From the human T2T-CHM13v2.0 reference genome, Homo sapiens: a stretch of 64,000 bases of DNA. The stretch is taken from the NCBI RefSeq assembly GCF_009914755.1, contig NC_060927.1, one strand, 5' to 3'. A program made the position numbers and the translations under genes. Shown here in pieces: positions 13,022 through 25,531 of this stretch. The notes beneath the pieces are model-generated. The model was not told the DNA's origin. It was given only the letters and a program-made list of their open reading frames with translations, and did not search any database. Position 1 is the stretch's first letter, and every line of letters begins with the position of its first letter.

Positions 13022-13240
13022 CTAACATTTTGTTAGTGCTTACCAGTAGCTAGGCGCTGGCTTCGCTCTTAACATCTTCCCTCATTTAATCTTCATGACA
13101 ACCCCAGAGGCGGCCACTATTACCGTCCCCATTTTACAGATGGGGATGCTAAGGCACGGAAAGGTCAACTCACTTGCTGAAGGTTACACAGCAGTAAGCA
13201 GTGCAGTTGGGACTGGAGCCCGGAACAGGAATCCATATCC
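13022..13240 (-). mobile_element. MIR
   Basis: ctcatttaatcttcatgacaacccc...ccccattttacagatggggatgctaaggcac...aaggttacacagc. Confidence 0.85.
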
Positions 13241-15019
13241 CACACTCCTAGTCAGGATGTGGAACTGCCTCACCAGGGAAGCGGGCAGAAGAAACCTGAG
13301 GAAGACAGCTTCTCTTGATAGCACCCCATACCTCCCACCTCTTCTCGGCATCCACCAGGGACAGGGATAACCCTACACTGGGGCCACACCATGTGACTGG
13401 AGCAGAGGCAGGACCTGACTCTGCAGATACAGAGGGAACAAGAAGGGGAATGTCCTGTCGCAAGCCACTGTTCATCCCCAGTCCTGCCAGGGGCCCACAC
13501 CCACACGTAGGCTTCCAGGCCCTCAGCCCACAGCATGTCAACACAGCATTGCCAGAGGGCCCAGCCAGACCACCTCTATTTATATTTAGGATGACTGGAG
13601 TGGTCAGCGGCCATGTCCCCATCCTAAACAGGTGGGTGAGAGTGGCTCTTACTTCCTCAGGCAGTAAGTATAAAGGCACAGAACTGAGCACTCTCCAGGG
13701 AACAAAAGAAACTTGTTCGCTCATTGCTTACCACCACGCCAGAGAAGCCACCACCTACTCCAGAATCAGAGAGGTTAAGACCCTGGTATGAAGTCACCCA
13801 GCTAACCAAGATGCAAGCATAGGTATCCTCTGACTCCAGGCTGTGCCGCTCTCTGGAGTGACAGTGGCACAGTAAGCCAGACCAGACAGCCTGCGGCTAT
13901 GAAGACAGAGAGGGGACTGTGGGTGCTGCAGCGCTAAAGCTCCCTCTGAGGTTACACATGGGCCCCTCACCTCTACTGGCCACTGGCACATTCCCTGAGA
14001 TTCACATGCCAGCTTCCTGACAGCTCTGCAGTTCCAGGCAAAGGAGGAAGCTGTTTCAGCACTTGGCTGCAGCCTCTAAGACAAGATCCTCTCCTCCTCT
14101 GGGGAGGGATACCACTGATGTGCCTTTAAAAATAAAACCAGGCCTGCTTCCTGCCCCAACTGAAAGACTTTGATCTCCCAATCATACGATTTACAATATC
14201 TCTTACCACGCAATTTCTCAAGCCTTCAGCATATGACCTGACAGTGCTCCGGGAGGGTTAAGGATGGGTATGGGTGGGATTGAGGAGTTGGCCCTTTAAC
14301 GCAGCCCTTCCTCACCCACCCCAAAAATGATTTGTTACAACACCAAAGTGGCACTGTCTGCAGCACCCCTTCTCTGTACCCCAGAACCATCTCAACCCGT
14401 GCCTTGTCCATGCTGGGGTCCTATGAGAAGCAATTCTTGCTGTTTCTTTTGTGGAACCACAAGCTTCAAGTTTCTTCCCTATTTCAGGCTTTTAAAAACA
14501 TGTCATCATGAACTTACATGCAAAACATAAAACTACAGATCTTTTAAGAGAAAACACAAGAGAAAATCTTTGGGATCTACAGGTAAAATTCTTAGACCTG
14601 ACGCTAAAAGCACAATCCATAAAAGGAAAACTTAACACTTATTAGGCTTTATCACAATTAAAAATGTTTGTTCAGTGAAAGACTCTGCTAAGATGAAAAG
14701 ACAAGCTACAGATTGAGAGAAAGTATTTACAAATCACATATCTAACAAAGAACTGGTATCCAGAATATATATCCAGACTATACAAACATCTCACAAAACT
14801 CAAGAGCAAAACAACAACAAAAAACAACCAAAAAATCCAATTAGAAAATGGGCAAAAGGCATGAATGGACATTTTACCAAAAAGAATCTACAGGTGGCAA
14901 ACAAGCAAATGAAAAGATGCTTAACATCATTGGTCATCATGCAAATAAAAATGAAAACCATAATGAGCTATCACTGCACACCTATCAGAATGGCTGAAAT
15001 TAAAAAAATACAACACCAC

Positions 15020-15328
15020 GGTCAGGCGCGGTAGCTCACACCTGTAATCCCAGTACTTTGGGAGGCTGAGGCGGGTGGATCATTTGCGGTCAGGAGTTCA
15101 AGACCAGCCTGACCAACATGGCGAAACCCTGTCTCTACTAAAAATACAAAAATTAGCCAGGCCTGGTGGCGTAAGCCTGCAATCCCAGCTTCTGGGGAGG
15201 CTGAGGCATAAGAATCACTTGAACCCAGGAGGCAGAGGTTGCAGTGAGCAGAAATCATGCCACTGCACTCCAGCCTGAGCAACAGAGCGAGACTCTGTCT
15301 CAAAAAAATTAAAAAAAAAAAAAAAAAA
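15020..15328 (+). mobile_element. AluS, full length
   Basis: Dimeric Alu with poly(A); short TSD acaccac. Confidence 0.95.
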
Positions 15329-15834
15329 CACACCACCAAATGCTGGCCATAATGTGGAGAAACGGAATTGCCTATACACTGCCGGTAGAAATGTCAAATG
15401 GTATGGCCATTCTGGAAGAGTCTGACGGTTTCTTAAAAAAACTAAACATGCAACTCCCATATGACCTGTCAATTGCACTCCTGGGCATTTATCCCAGAGA
15501 AGTGAAAATTTATGTTCACACACACAAAAGAAACCCAAACACAAATGTTCATAGCAGTATTTTTTAAAAGCAGCCCCAAACTGGAAACATTCTAGATGTC
15601 CTTCATCGGGTGAATGGTTAAAGTACGGCAGGCACATCCATATTATGGAATACAACTCTGTGATTAAAAAGGAATGGAACGACACATACAATAACCTAGA
15701 TGAACCTCCAGGGAATTATGCTGAGTGAAAAAAGCCAATCCCAAAAGGTTATCCATACTTTATTATTCCATTATATAAAACTCTAAATGAAAAAACTACA
15801 AATTTGGAGAACACATTAGAAGTCAACCAGGGGG

Positions 15835-16285
<451 letters not shown>

Positions 16286-17829
16286 TCACCATTGGGAGAA
16301 ACTGGGTTTAAGGGTACGTGAGGGATCTCCCCATATTACTTTTTTTTTTTTACAACTGCATGTGAATCAACAATTATCCCTAAGTATCATTAAAACAACA
16401 ATACAAAAGTGTCATGGCATTCACGGTGGAATCAGATGGAAAGTCTGGGGGAGTTCCCAGTGGAATCAGCCTTCCTGCTACTTTACTAGTCTCCAGCCAT
16501 CCTTCAAACCAGGAGAAACTTACACAGTATGACTGAGGTCTCAGAGCCAAGCACCAACTACCACTGGGCTCTGTGTGATTTCTGAAATGTAGGGATATGC
16601 ATGAACTGTTTAATTACTTCCCATCATTTAGGAAAGGGCTGAGGGCTGGGACTCCTAGAGACAAGGGTGTTGCTGATAAAGCTGAGGACAGCTAGCGTGG
16701 CCCTTGCCTGGCATCAGGGGTTGTCATCCAGCCCTGTGTCTTCTTCCAGCACTACTTGGCCAAGGAAGACGTGCCAGACGTGCATGCCCAGAAAGTGGCA
16801 GACGCAGGTTGCCAGACACCACACTCCCAAAGCATCATCCTTCGTATACTGGCCTTGGGAGGTGTTCCATGGAAAGGGTGCTGGGTGCAGGCAAGCTCAG
16901 GAAGGGGCATTTCCTCCCCCGCCTCTTGCAGACTCCCTCAGCAGGTCAGCAAAGAAAAGCGGCTTAGGAGAGATGATAACAACACCTTTCACTCGGCTTG
17001 CTTTGGCATTTGCTAAACTTACATGACCACAAAATCCTTTTCATGAAACGACCATTAACATCCCACAGAACAAGTATTCCAGGTGGCTCACTACTCACTA
17101 TCTGTGGGAAACACCACGTCTCTCCCCCTCATTTGAGGTCAAAAGACATACAACGCAGAGCCCGGGGGTCTGGTGCCAGCCTCCAAATGAAGCCAAACTG
17201 TGACAAGCCTGCACAGGAAGAACTGAAGAGGAGGGGGGAATATATGCCTGTGGTAGCGAAGTCTAAACTTCATGGATGTGCATTTAGAGACAGGGAAGCA
17301 GCACTCTCTACTGCCAGGGGAACGTGAGGAGTGGATTTTATCATTCTCTAGGTCAGCACCTCTCATGCTCCCAAAATCTCCCTTCCTACCTCTGAAAGAA
17401 AATGAAAACATAATAGAGCTATGATGAAATGATCTTAGGAAGATCTCTGCTTGTCCTTGGAGACTCAAAGGGAACATCAAGCACTAAAGGCTCTGAAATG
17501 TTCTGCAGGAAAGAAAGGTGCTCACCTTCAACTCTGGGTTTTCTGAACTTTCTGAACACAGAGCACTCTTTTCCCCCTCAATGCCATCTACTGGCACCTC
17601 TAGAATCCAGGCACTCCTTAATGTCATCTTTTACGCAGCCTGCTGCACCTCCCTCATTTTCCTTCCGTCTCTGCGGTGGGGAACGGGTGGCATCTCCCAG
17701 CATGGGCTGGACGCCTGCAGGGATCTGCAGTGACTCTCCACCTTCGCTTCACAGAAAGCCTTTCCCAAACCACCTGCTGGCCCCTCAAACAAGCGAGCAG
17801 AGACTGGGAGAGCCCTTTTTTGACACATC

Positions 17830-17920
17830 TGTGGTAAGGTAAGAGCAATTTCTCATCTAAGCAAACAGAGGCTTGAAAAGCTGCTGCTAGAACGTGGCAG
17901 AACCAGGACTCAAACCCCAA
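17830..17920 (-). mobile_element. MIR fragment
   Basis: aaacagaggctt...gtggcagaaccaggactcaaaccc. Confidence 0.5.
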
Positions 17921-18219
17921 TAATGAGCCCTGGGGGCAAGCCCTGTCCACCTCTGGGCCAGGCGGCCTCTCACATGGCAGTTTCCACTAATACTTTTTCT
18001 CCCTTGACACCCTGCCTGCCTCTTCAGTAAATCCAGGCAAGCAAGACTTATCCCCTGGCTGGAGAGCCACGCCCTCCAGCACCCCTCAGCAGGCCACTTC
18101 TACTATAACGTGCCCAAGCCTGTCTCTCCACCTTGAATAAGTATCTAAAACAACCTAGTGTCTGCCCCATACCCCACAATCACTTATCCTTAAGATGACC
18201 CTTCCACTTGGTCCCTCAG

Positions 18220-18720
18220 AGTCATTCATCCATACATGGATGGGATGCCTGCTACATGCAGCTGCTGCAAGGAAAGACGGACGTGGCTACTGTGCCATCA
18301 GCCCCTCACCCCAGCCCCAGAGGAGACAGAGGGATGTCATAGGTGCAGTGGCAGAGGGGAACACAACATCATGGGGGGAGGAGGTCAGAAGAGGGGCGGC
18401 TATTCCAGATCAAGGTAGCAAAATGAAGCAGGTACAGGATCCAGAGACACACCCAGTGTGGGCTTTCCTTACGCACAATTTAGAGGTGGGAGAACAGGAA
18501 GAAATGGAGCCAGGGCCAACTCTGAAAGAGCTGGGACTTTGTCCCATAGAGGATGGGAAGCCACGAAGGGACCCTTCATTCATGTCTTCGTCAAATATTG
18601 ATGAAGGTACTTCATTGGGTGGCTGGTGTGGAGTGGGGAGGGATGAGGGCTGCCTCAGAGCCACATCTGGATGCTTGGGAGCCAAGGCCTTGGGGAACCC
18701 CTGTAGAGATGAGATGCAGG
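18220..18720 (-). mobile_element. Degraded L2 fragment
   Basis: cattcatccatac...; gagctgggactttgtcccatagaggatgggaagccacgaaggg resemble antisense L2. Confidence 0.55.
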
Positions 18721-20689
18721 GCCCAGATTTGGCACCGGACCCGAAGGGCCTGCTAGGGTGCTACCCCCTGTCCCACTCCACGCAGACTTTGCAACATAGA
18801 GCACACAGCTCAGCCGGCCTTCTCCACAGAATTCATAAACATGTGAGCCTGCCAGGAACCTGGGGCCCCAGAACTACAGGGTCACCCACAACAGCAGTTC
18901 TCAACTAGGGATGTGAGTCTCTTCCAAAGAACATACAGCCCAGGCCTCCAGTAGGGAAGCAGCCATGTGTGTTTTTAACCCTGGTTGAGTATGGTTGATA
19001 CTGAACCAGCCCCTCTCCTTACAGGTGAGGGAACAGAAGTCACAAAGAGAAGTGTTTTGTGAAACGTCCTATAATGGATCCATAATGTCAGAGTAGGGAC
19101 CACAAGCCAAGTGCCCTGACACTCGTTCCTCTGAACACTACTGGTGCTAACAAGGGGGAAAAGGCCCTGTACACTCCAGGAAGGGATGTTTCCTCCCAGT
19201 TCCCAAGAGTTGGAATGAGCCTTGGGTTACGTCCCGACAAGAGGACGGTGAGAGGGCTTCCCCTGCAGCAGAGATACCACTGCAGAAATTCCAGCACCCA
19301 ACTGGAGGTGAGCAAAAATGGACCAATGCCCTCTACTGAAATGCCCACAAAGGGATGGCGCTGTGAGAGGCCACCTGGTCCTCACCACTATGCCAACAAC
19401 TCACGCCTTTTGGCTTTCTCTTCCTAGAGGTGACCCATGAGGCCACCAAGGCAGGGAATGCACATCTCTGCCATATCACCATTTCCTTTGATGACGTATT
19501 GAATCTCTCAGGGACTACAGCTCTTTTCCAGGGAATGGGGGAAAGTGAAGACAGGCACTGGGCTCTTACTTGGAACCAAATAGTTGCTATAGCATCACCA
19601 AATCAGGGTTCTCGTTAACACACACTAGAGGAGAGGAAGACAGAGCAGGGGCCAGCCTAGCCCGTGAGGAAAGCCAGGTGGTGAAAGGGTTTATCACAGC
19701 TGTCTGCAAGGCCATGGGGAAGGGGAGCCCCTGGAAGAACTGCGCCAAGGCCTCCCCGGGCCCAGCCCACGAAGCCCATGCTGGCTTTCTCAACACGCCA
19801 GCTCTCATTCCGATTGAGAAGAACCCAACAATTACGAGGCAGAAAAACTTCACTATGCATGCTGATAACCACTGTTTTTCCCCTTATAAAAAGTACATTT
19901 GATTTGCAGAAAAGTCACATTCTAAAAAGTCCAAGGGGAATTTTTTTTCTCATTTCCAAAGTTCTACTCTTTGCAACTTAACCTAGCATCCAATTCCAAA
20001 CACAACCTTCACAAAATCCCATTATACAATTATCCAACTCAATTTTAGCACCAGAACTTTGCTATATTACAATAAAGCTTTTGGGTGAGATCCTTCAGTT
20101 TCTATATCATCTATTTACTTTTTTTTTTTTTAAAAAAGAGCCAAGTCTTACTTTTGAAGTTATAAAGAAAAAGGTGTTTAAGGAGCTTAGAATAAGTCAG
20201 TTTTGCCTATTGTTTTACTATAAAGAGAGTTTTTTCCACCATCATGGTGGGACATTTATGACATATAGGTAGAATGCAAATGACAGTTGGGTGGGCTATC
20301 AGAAGAAAGAATGACCCAGATAAGGGGCAAATCCACAGTTGAATTCTGTGATCTCCAAATAAGGTGGGCAGGTCTAATCAGACCAAACACCCTCACCCGC
20401 GCACCACCAAAGCAACTTCCTCATCACGCTGTGGCTAACTGCACAGTATCTTCAAATTAAATCAACAGTGAAAAGAGGTAAACTAAAACCTCTACTAGGG
20501 ATCCCCAGAGTCCTAAGTACTAAAATGAAGGCCAGCCTCAATATTTATTTCCCCTCCACCTGGTGAGAAAGAAAGAGGGGGAAAAAAAGGAGTGGAGGGA
20601 GGTGGGGGAGCCTGGGTATTTTAAATGATAGTTATGAGAGGGGAGGAGACAAGAGGAGGAACAATGCCTTTCAGTTGCAATTATCCAGC

Positions 20690-20895
20690 TGTGGCTTATT
20701 AAAGCTTTTGGCTGCACACTGAAATGACCTGGAGAGCTTTTTTAAAAAACCACCACAACGCCTGGGCCCAACACTCACCCCCTCTGCTCCCCAGCCCACT
20801 AACTCGAGGTTTTGATTTAACTGCCCTGAGACGTAGACATCTAGATTTTTTTAAGCTCCCTAGGTCATTCTACTATGAGTGAGAGCCACCGCTTA
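20690..20895. mobile_element. MER5-type hAT-Charlie element
   Basis: ggctgcacactgaaatgacctggagagctttttaaaa...ttttgatttaactg...ttttttaagctccctaggtcattcta. Confidence 0.7.
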
Positions 20896-21269
20896 AACAT
20901 TTGCCTAGCACTTTGCTGCTTGCTGCACCTACCCCAGGTAGAGAAACAGAAGATGACAAGAGAGGAGAGAAAATAAACTCTGCTGCTGTCCTCAACAGCT
21001 CCCATAAGAGGAATGAACAGATACATATACGAGGGTTTTCTGTAAGCTTCAACTGGTTTATAGGAGGGTGAGCCATGATGGATATCTGCAAGTAAGATCC
21101 ATTTTTATGGGATGTAAATAGACCCCTCTCCAGTCTCCAATACCAGGCGGCCTCCAGGGTTCAGTGTAGACAGCAGCAATGCCCCTCAGAGCACAGCAGC
21201 AAAAGCAGGCTTGCCTTGCCCACAACCCCAAAGGTGCTCAGTACAAAGCTGTCAGAGATAGCAAGAGTG

Positions 21270-21483
21270 TCTAACACTCAGTGCACGTTCAGTATATACC
21301 AGACACTATACTGAGGACACATACTGTTTAGTTAATCCTAACCACCACCTTATCAGCAAATATCATTTTATGAGTGAGAAAACTGAGGCCTGAGAGAACC
21401 TGCCCAGGTGACATAGCAAAGGTGATGCAGGCAGGACTCAAACCCAGATCTGATGGATACAGAGCCTTCTCTTAACCACTGTG
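21270..21483 (-). mobile_element. MIR
   Basis: cattttatgagtgagaaaactgaggcctgagag...ggactcaaacccagatctga...ctcttaaccactgtg. Confidence 0.85.
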
Positions 21484-22389
21484 CAAAAATGCCCCCTCTC
21501 TATAAAGCCCACATGATGCCTGAATCAGCGTAAGGTGAAGAGATCCATTTGTACCTACCTTTGTCCTACCGCTACGTGGAAAAGGAGCCCTGCTATTTAC
21601 AAACTAACGTCACAGCAGCTGTCCCCGAGGAAAAAAAGTATCAGAGCCCCCAAAGAGACTCTACAATAGGACAGCTAGTTGGGCAGAAGCCAGTGGCCCC
21701 TGAGAGGGCAGCCCATGAGTACCTCTGGGGCTGCACACTTCACAGCACACATTTCACCTCCTGGTTGATGAAGTTGGGAAGAAAAAAAACCACAAACTGG
21801 CACCTTTATTTCAGCTGTTTGGGTTTGAAAGGCATCCAGGAAGTGAGGAAACTGCAGAGGAATTTGCCTTGAAGTGATGTCTTCGGGGGCAGATAGCCAC
21901 TATCCGAGAATCTACTGGCACAATCGAACACGTTTGGGCTCTGCCGAGACCTGACGACAAGAGTGTTTTTCCTCACTGTACCTTTCACAGATGGCCGGCA
22001 TAATCAGCTCTGAATTGACATGAGAGAGAGAGACAGGGAAAGATAGTAGGGGGAAGGACCTTCTGTTACTTCGCATCAGTGAAAGAAAATCATACCAAGA
22101 GCTACCCAAAGCAAGTTCACCTCGGGTCAGAAAGAGGCTTTTAAAGCAAGGGCATTACAGAGGCACGCAGCACCACTTTGGGAGATGCATGCTGCATTTG
22201 CAGGGTAGGAGCCTCTGACTCCACACTCCAGAGTATCATCGAAGCCTCTGGGCCACAATACCAAGGCTTCCCACACCTAGTACAGTTTGAAATGTCAGCA
22301 CTTAAAATGACAAGACCCTTCTAGGCACCCAGACCACATACTTCCAAGTGTACAGTGAGCATAAGCCCCAGAGATGGAGAGAAATAACA

Positions 22390-22597
22390 GGATCCAACTT
22401 TGATGCTTCCTTGCTCTGTGACGTTGAGCACGTTACTTGCCGTCTCTGTGCTTTAGGTGCCTCATCTGTAAATTGTGCTTAACAGATCCTGTGTCTCATA
22501 GGACTGCAGAGGTGACACAGTAAGACAGGTCCCGGGAAGTCCATAGAGCAACGCCTGCCAATATCAGTGTACCATATATGCTGACGGTCACTATTTT
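22390..22597 (+). mobile_element. MIR
   Basis: ctgtgacgttgagcacgttactt...ctctgtgctttaggtgcctcatctgtaaa. Confidence 0.8.
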
Positions 22598-22997
22598 TTC
22601 TTCTCAAAAGGCTGAACAATACAAGATTGCTGATGTCTGACCACTACTGAACAAAACACAAACAGTGATTTCATGGGACTCAATATACTGAGTCAACTAT
22701 TCTATCTTTAAAAACTCTTGCCTTTAAACAAGCAGGGGGAATCCAATATTCCCTATGTATGGCCCAACAATGACAGGCCTTATGAAGGAAAGGCCCGGCA
22801 TAAACACAAACACATTTCTTCCACTTGGGCTATAAAAGCTGAAAATGGCTCCCAGGTGTGAGCAGACACAATAGGCCCTGCCTTCTCTGCAAGGTCACCA
22901 CACAGGTCAAAGTCAAGCCAGCCATTTTCAGATTAGGTGCATATGCACATGAGGCTTCCCAGTGGTAACTGGATTACAGAAGCCACCTGCAGGAAGT

Positions 22998-23033
22998 GAG
23001 GAGGGGGAGGAGGAGGAGGAGGAGGAGGAGGAA
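22998..23033 (+). repeat. (GGA)n trinucleotide repeat
   Basis: gaggagggggaggaggaggaggaggaggaggaggaa. Confidence 0.95.
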
Positions 23034-23866
23034 ATGGTCCCAGTTGGAATGAGACTGTTGATATGGGCTGGAGCCAACCCCTTTCACACGGGAGATTGTG
23101 CAATGACAGAGCAGCTCCGCTTCCCGGCTCCATTTCAAGCAGCCCTGGAGGGTTTTCAGCACTCACTGCTGGAAGAAGCAGCACTTCCCCTCCGAGACCA
23201 TCCACTGCTTCTCCAACATTGGGGAGCAACCCGGGTCCCCAGTGGATCTTGGGCTATATTTAAAGCTTGCATGGTCATCAGGAAAAGGGAAAGAAAGAGA
23301 GAAAGAGGCGGGCGGGGTGGTGGAAAGGAAAAAAGCCCTACGCTCAACAAAAGCTACCGAGTTTCCAAAAGAGGCAGTGATCTCTGTGACCAAGCTCCTA
23401 TTCCATGGGATCTCCCCTTCCTCGGCTCCCCCAACCCCACAGCTGGTGTTCCCTTCACTTTCTCAGCAAATGACTTGCAGATGTACCTCTCATCTGGCTG
23501 GCTCACCACCCCCACTCTCAAAGAAAGGAGAAAAAAGGAAAGAAAAGAGAGAAGGAAAATGACAAGTCATGACTGTGTAATTTGGCAGGCTGGCTGCGGA
23601 GGCCACAGCAGCTCTTTTCCCAGCGAAAGGCTTGCTTAGACTGGGGGCAAGTGGCAGTCTGCACTACGGAATCCCTGGGAAGTTTCCGGGACAGAGAGCT
23701 GCTTTCTTTGTAAATTGGGTGTTTAATTTTCTATTTTGAGGCTCCTTGGTGGTATCCAGCATCTGATGAGGCTGCAGTTCTAAGAACTGCAACAGCGGCC
23801 TGCTGGCTCTTCATAAAAGCCCGCCTGTTGAAAAAGAAAAAAGGCAGGGAAGGGAGGGTATGTGTT

Positions 23867-23927
23867 GGGGGCAGGGGATGAGTGAGGGGCGGGGGATGAG
23901 TGAGGGGGCGGGGGATGAGTGAGGGGG
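23867..23927 (+). repeat. G-rich minisatellite, 3 x GGGG(G)CRGGGGATGAGTGA
   Basis: Units at 23867-23885, 23886-23903, 23904-23922, followed by GGGGG and (GT)n. Confidence 0.92.
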
Positions 23928-24199
23928 TGTGTGTGTGCACAAATTGGCCTAAAGATGGAATTAGCCATGTCCTTTTGGTATTCCTCTGAATGCTCCTCCA
24001 AGTACCCACTGTGTTGGCTGAACATTTAGGGTGTTACTTACACCTGTAACTTACACCTCTGTGTAGGGGAAGAGAAAGGAGGTTTGCAGAACAGGGAGCC
24101 TCAGCTAAAATGTCACTTCATCTGGGAAACTTCTCTGTCATGTGACCCATCAGTGACGGGCAGTGAGGTGCCCCTTAGACATTCCCCAGCCCCTGTATG

Positions 24200-24320
24200 A
24201 CAACTGTCTGTTCACCCATCTTCCTCTGCAGCTAGACTGCCAGTTCCTTGAGGGCAGTAACTCCAGGCCCATAGGACCCGATCTGTTTGCTCACGAAAGG
24301 CCTTGAGTGGGGCATGTGCT
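24200..24320 (+). mobile_element. L2 fragment
   Basis: ctagactgccagttccttgagggcag. Confidence 0.55.
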
Positions 24321-25114
24321 GGCCAACTTCACAGCAGCCGTGCAGAGGAACCCACGGTCTCCACCATGAACCAGCTGAGACTTCCTCCACATTTTCATCT
24401 CTTTTGCCCACTGTTGACCTGACCACAGTTCCCAGGCTGGGAAAATGGGAGGAGAGTAATCTGGTCATAAACAATGCAGTGCTAGGAAAGGGCAATGGGG
24501 CAGGTGGGGACCCCAGTAGGGTGGGGGAAAAAATGCCCACCTTTCAGACACACCTGTTAACTTCCATCTGGAAAAAGAGGTGGCATTCAAGTCTTAGCTG
24601 AGGATAAAGACTGATCAGATACGAGTGACTGATAATCAAAAGAAAGGTAAGTGTGCTAAAACTGACTCCTGCCGGGGGAGAGGGGATGCTCACCTGTAAG
24701 CAGAGCTGCCAGCACCCACCGGCTGAGAGAGTAACAGGGCTCCTGCCACGTTGGGCTGCTCACGAAGCGCTCTCCACCTCTACAGCAGCCGGTGAAGGTC
24801 TGCTGGGCAGACTTGAGTGGTCACCAACAAACAGCAAATTAAGCACAAGCAAATATGTAACAGTCATGGGCCTCCAACCCTGAGCCACCCAGGTCTGTTC
24901 TGTCCGTGGTACTGGAGCTCACTCTGCCCACTGCCCCAGAGCCTTTCTCAGAAGCCATTACCAGGGCCATAGAGCCCCACTGTCCCAAACAAATGCCTGC
25001 CACCACACTGGTGACATTAGGAGTGGAAATTTACTGTCCCCCAAGGCCTTAAACAGCTTGGTCAGAACCGACACATGAGCCTTGGGGCTCCCCCCAGCCC
25101 CATATGAGCCCCAG

Positions 25115-25290
25115 GAGTGGTTCTCAAAGCCACCTGGCCAGCAGCAGTGGCATCATCACCTGGGAACTCATGAGCAAAGCAAATTCTCTTGTCCCATCCC
25201 AGACCCGTTGAACCAAGCCAGAAACGAGGGTAAGACCCAGTGACTTGTGTCTCAGCAAGCCCTACAGGTGGTCTACCAGTGAGCAGAGGC
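25115..25290 (+). mobile_element. MER5A-type element
   Basis: agtggttctcaaag...agcagcagtggcatcatcacctgggaactc...gcaaattctc...cccagacc...caagccctacaggtg. Confidence 0.75.
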
Positions 25291-25426
25291 TGGCATCTCC
25301 CAAGGGAAAGGGCATGAGGTTTTATCCAGAAGAAACAATCAGTTCACATCAACAAAAATCTGTGCAAACAGGGAAGGAAGTGAACACATCTTTGAAAACT
25401 CAGAAGAGGACCAGAACTTTAGATAA

Positions 25427-25531
25427 TTATATATATATATATACACACACACATATCTGTATCTATCTATATACATATATATACATATATACACATATAT
25501 ATACGTGTGTATATGTATGTGTATATATGTA
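25427..25531. repeat. Compound (TA)n/(CA)n/(TG)n microsatellite
   Basis: tatatatatatatacacacacacata...tatacgtgtgtatatgtatgtgtatatatgta. Confidence 0.95.

Larger units (their letters stand above)
22890..23940. promoter_or_regulatory. Candidate promoter/enhancer module
   Basis: TE-free ~1 kb with nuclear receptor half-site array, MEF2/TATA-like CTATATTTAA (23254-23263), GC box, kB-like GGGAAGTTTCC (23677-23687), purine tracts and a GC-box minisatellite. Confidence 0.45.

Noticed and set aside
16735-16900. Plus-strand acceptor tcttcttccag followed by an open frame (HYLAKEDVPDVHAQ...)
   Set aside because: No recognisable protein or good donor; opposite to the inferred host strand.
18195-18908. 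237-aa ORF, the longest in the window
   Set aside because: Overlaps a degraded antisense L2; no recognisable domain; length is compatible with chance in GC-richer DNA.
22962-23639. 225-aa ORF with poly-Glu and Lys/Arg-rich stretches (and antisense poly-Pro ORF 22933-23229)
   Set aside because: Produced by the (GGA)n repeat and purine tracts, which lack stop codons; non-ATG start; no homology recognised.
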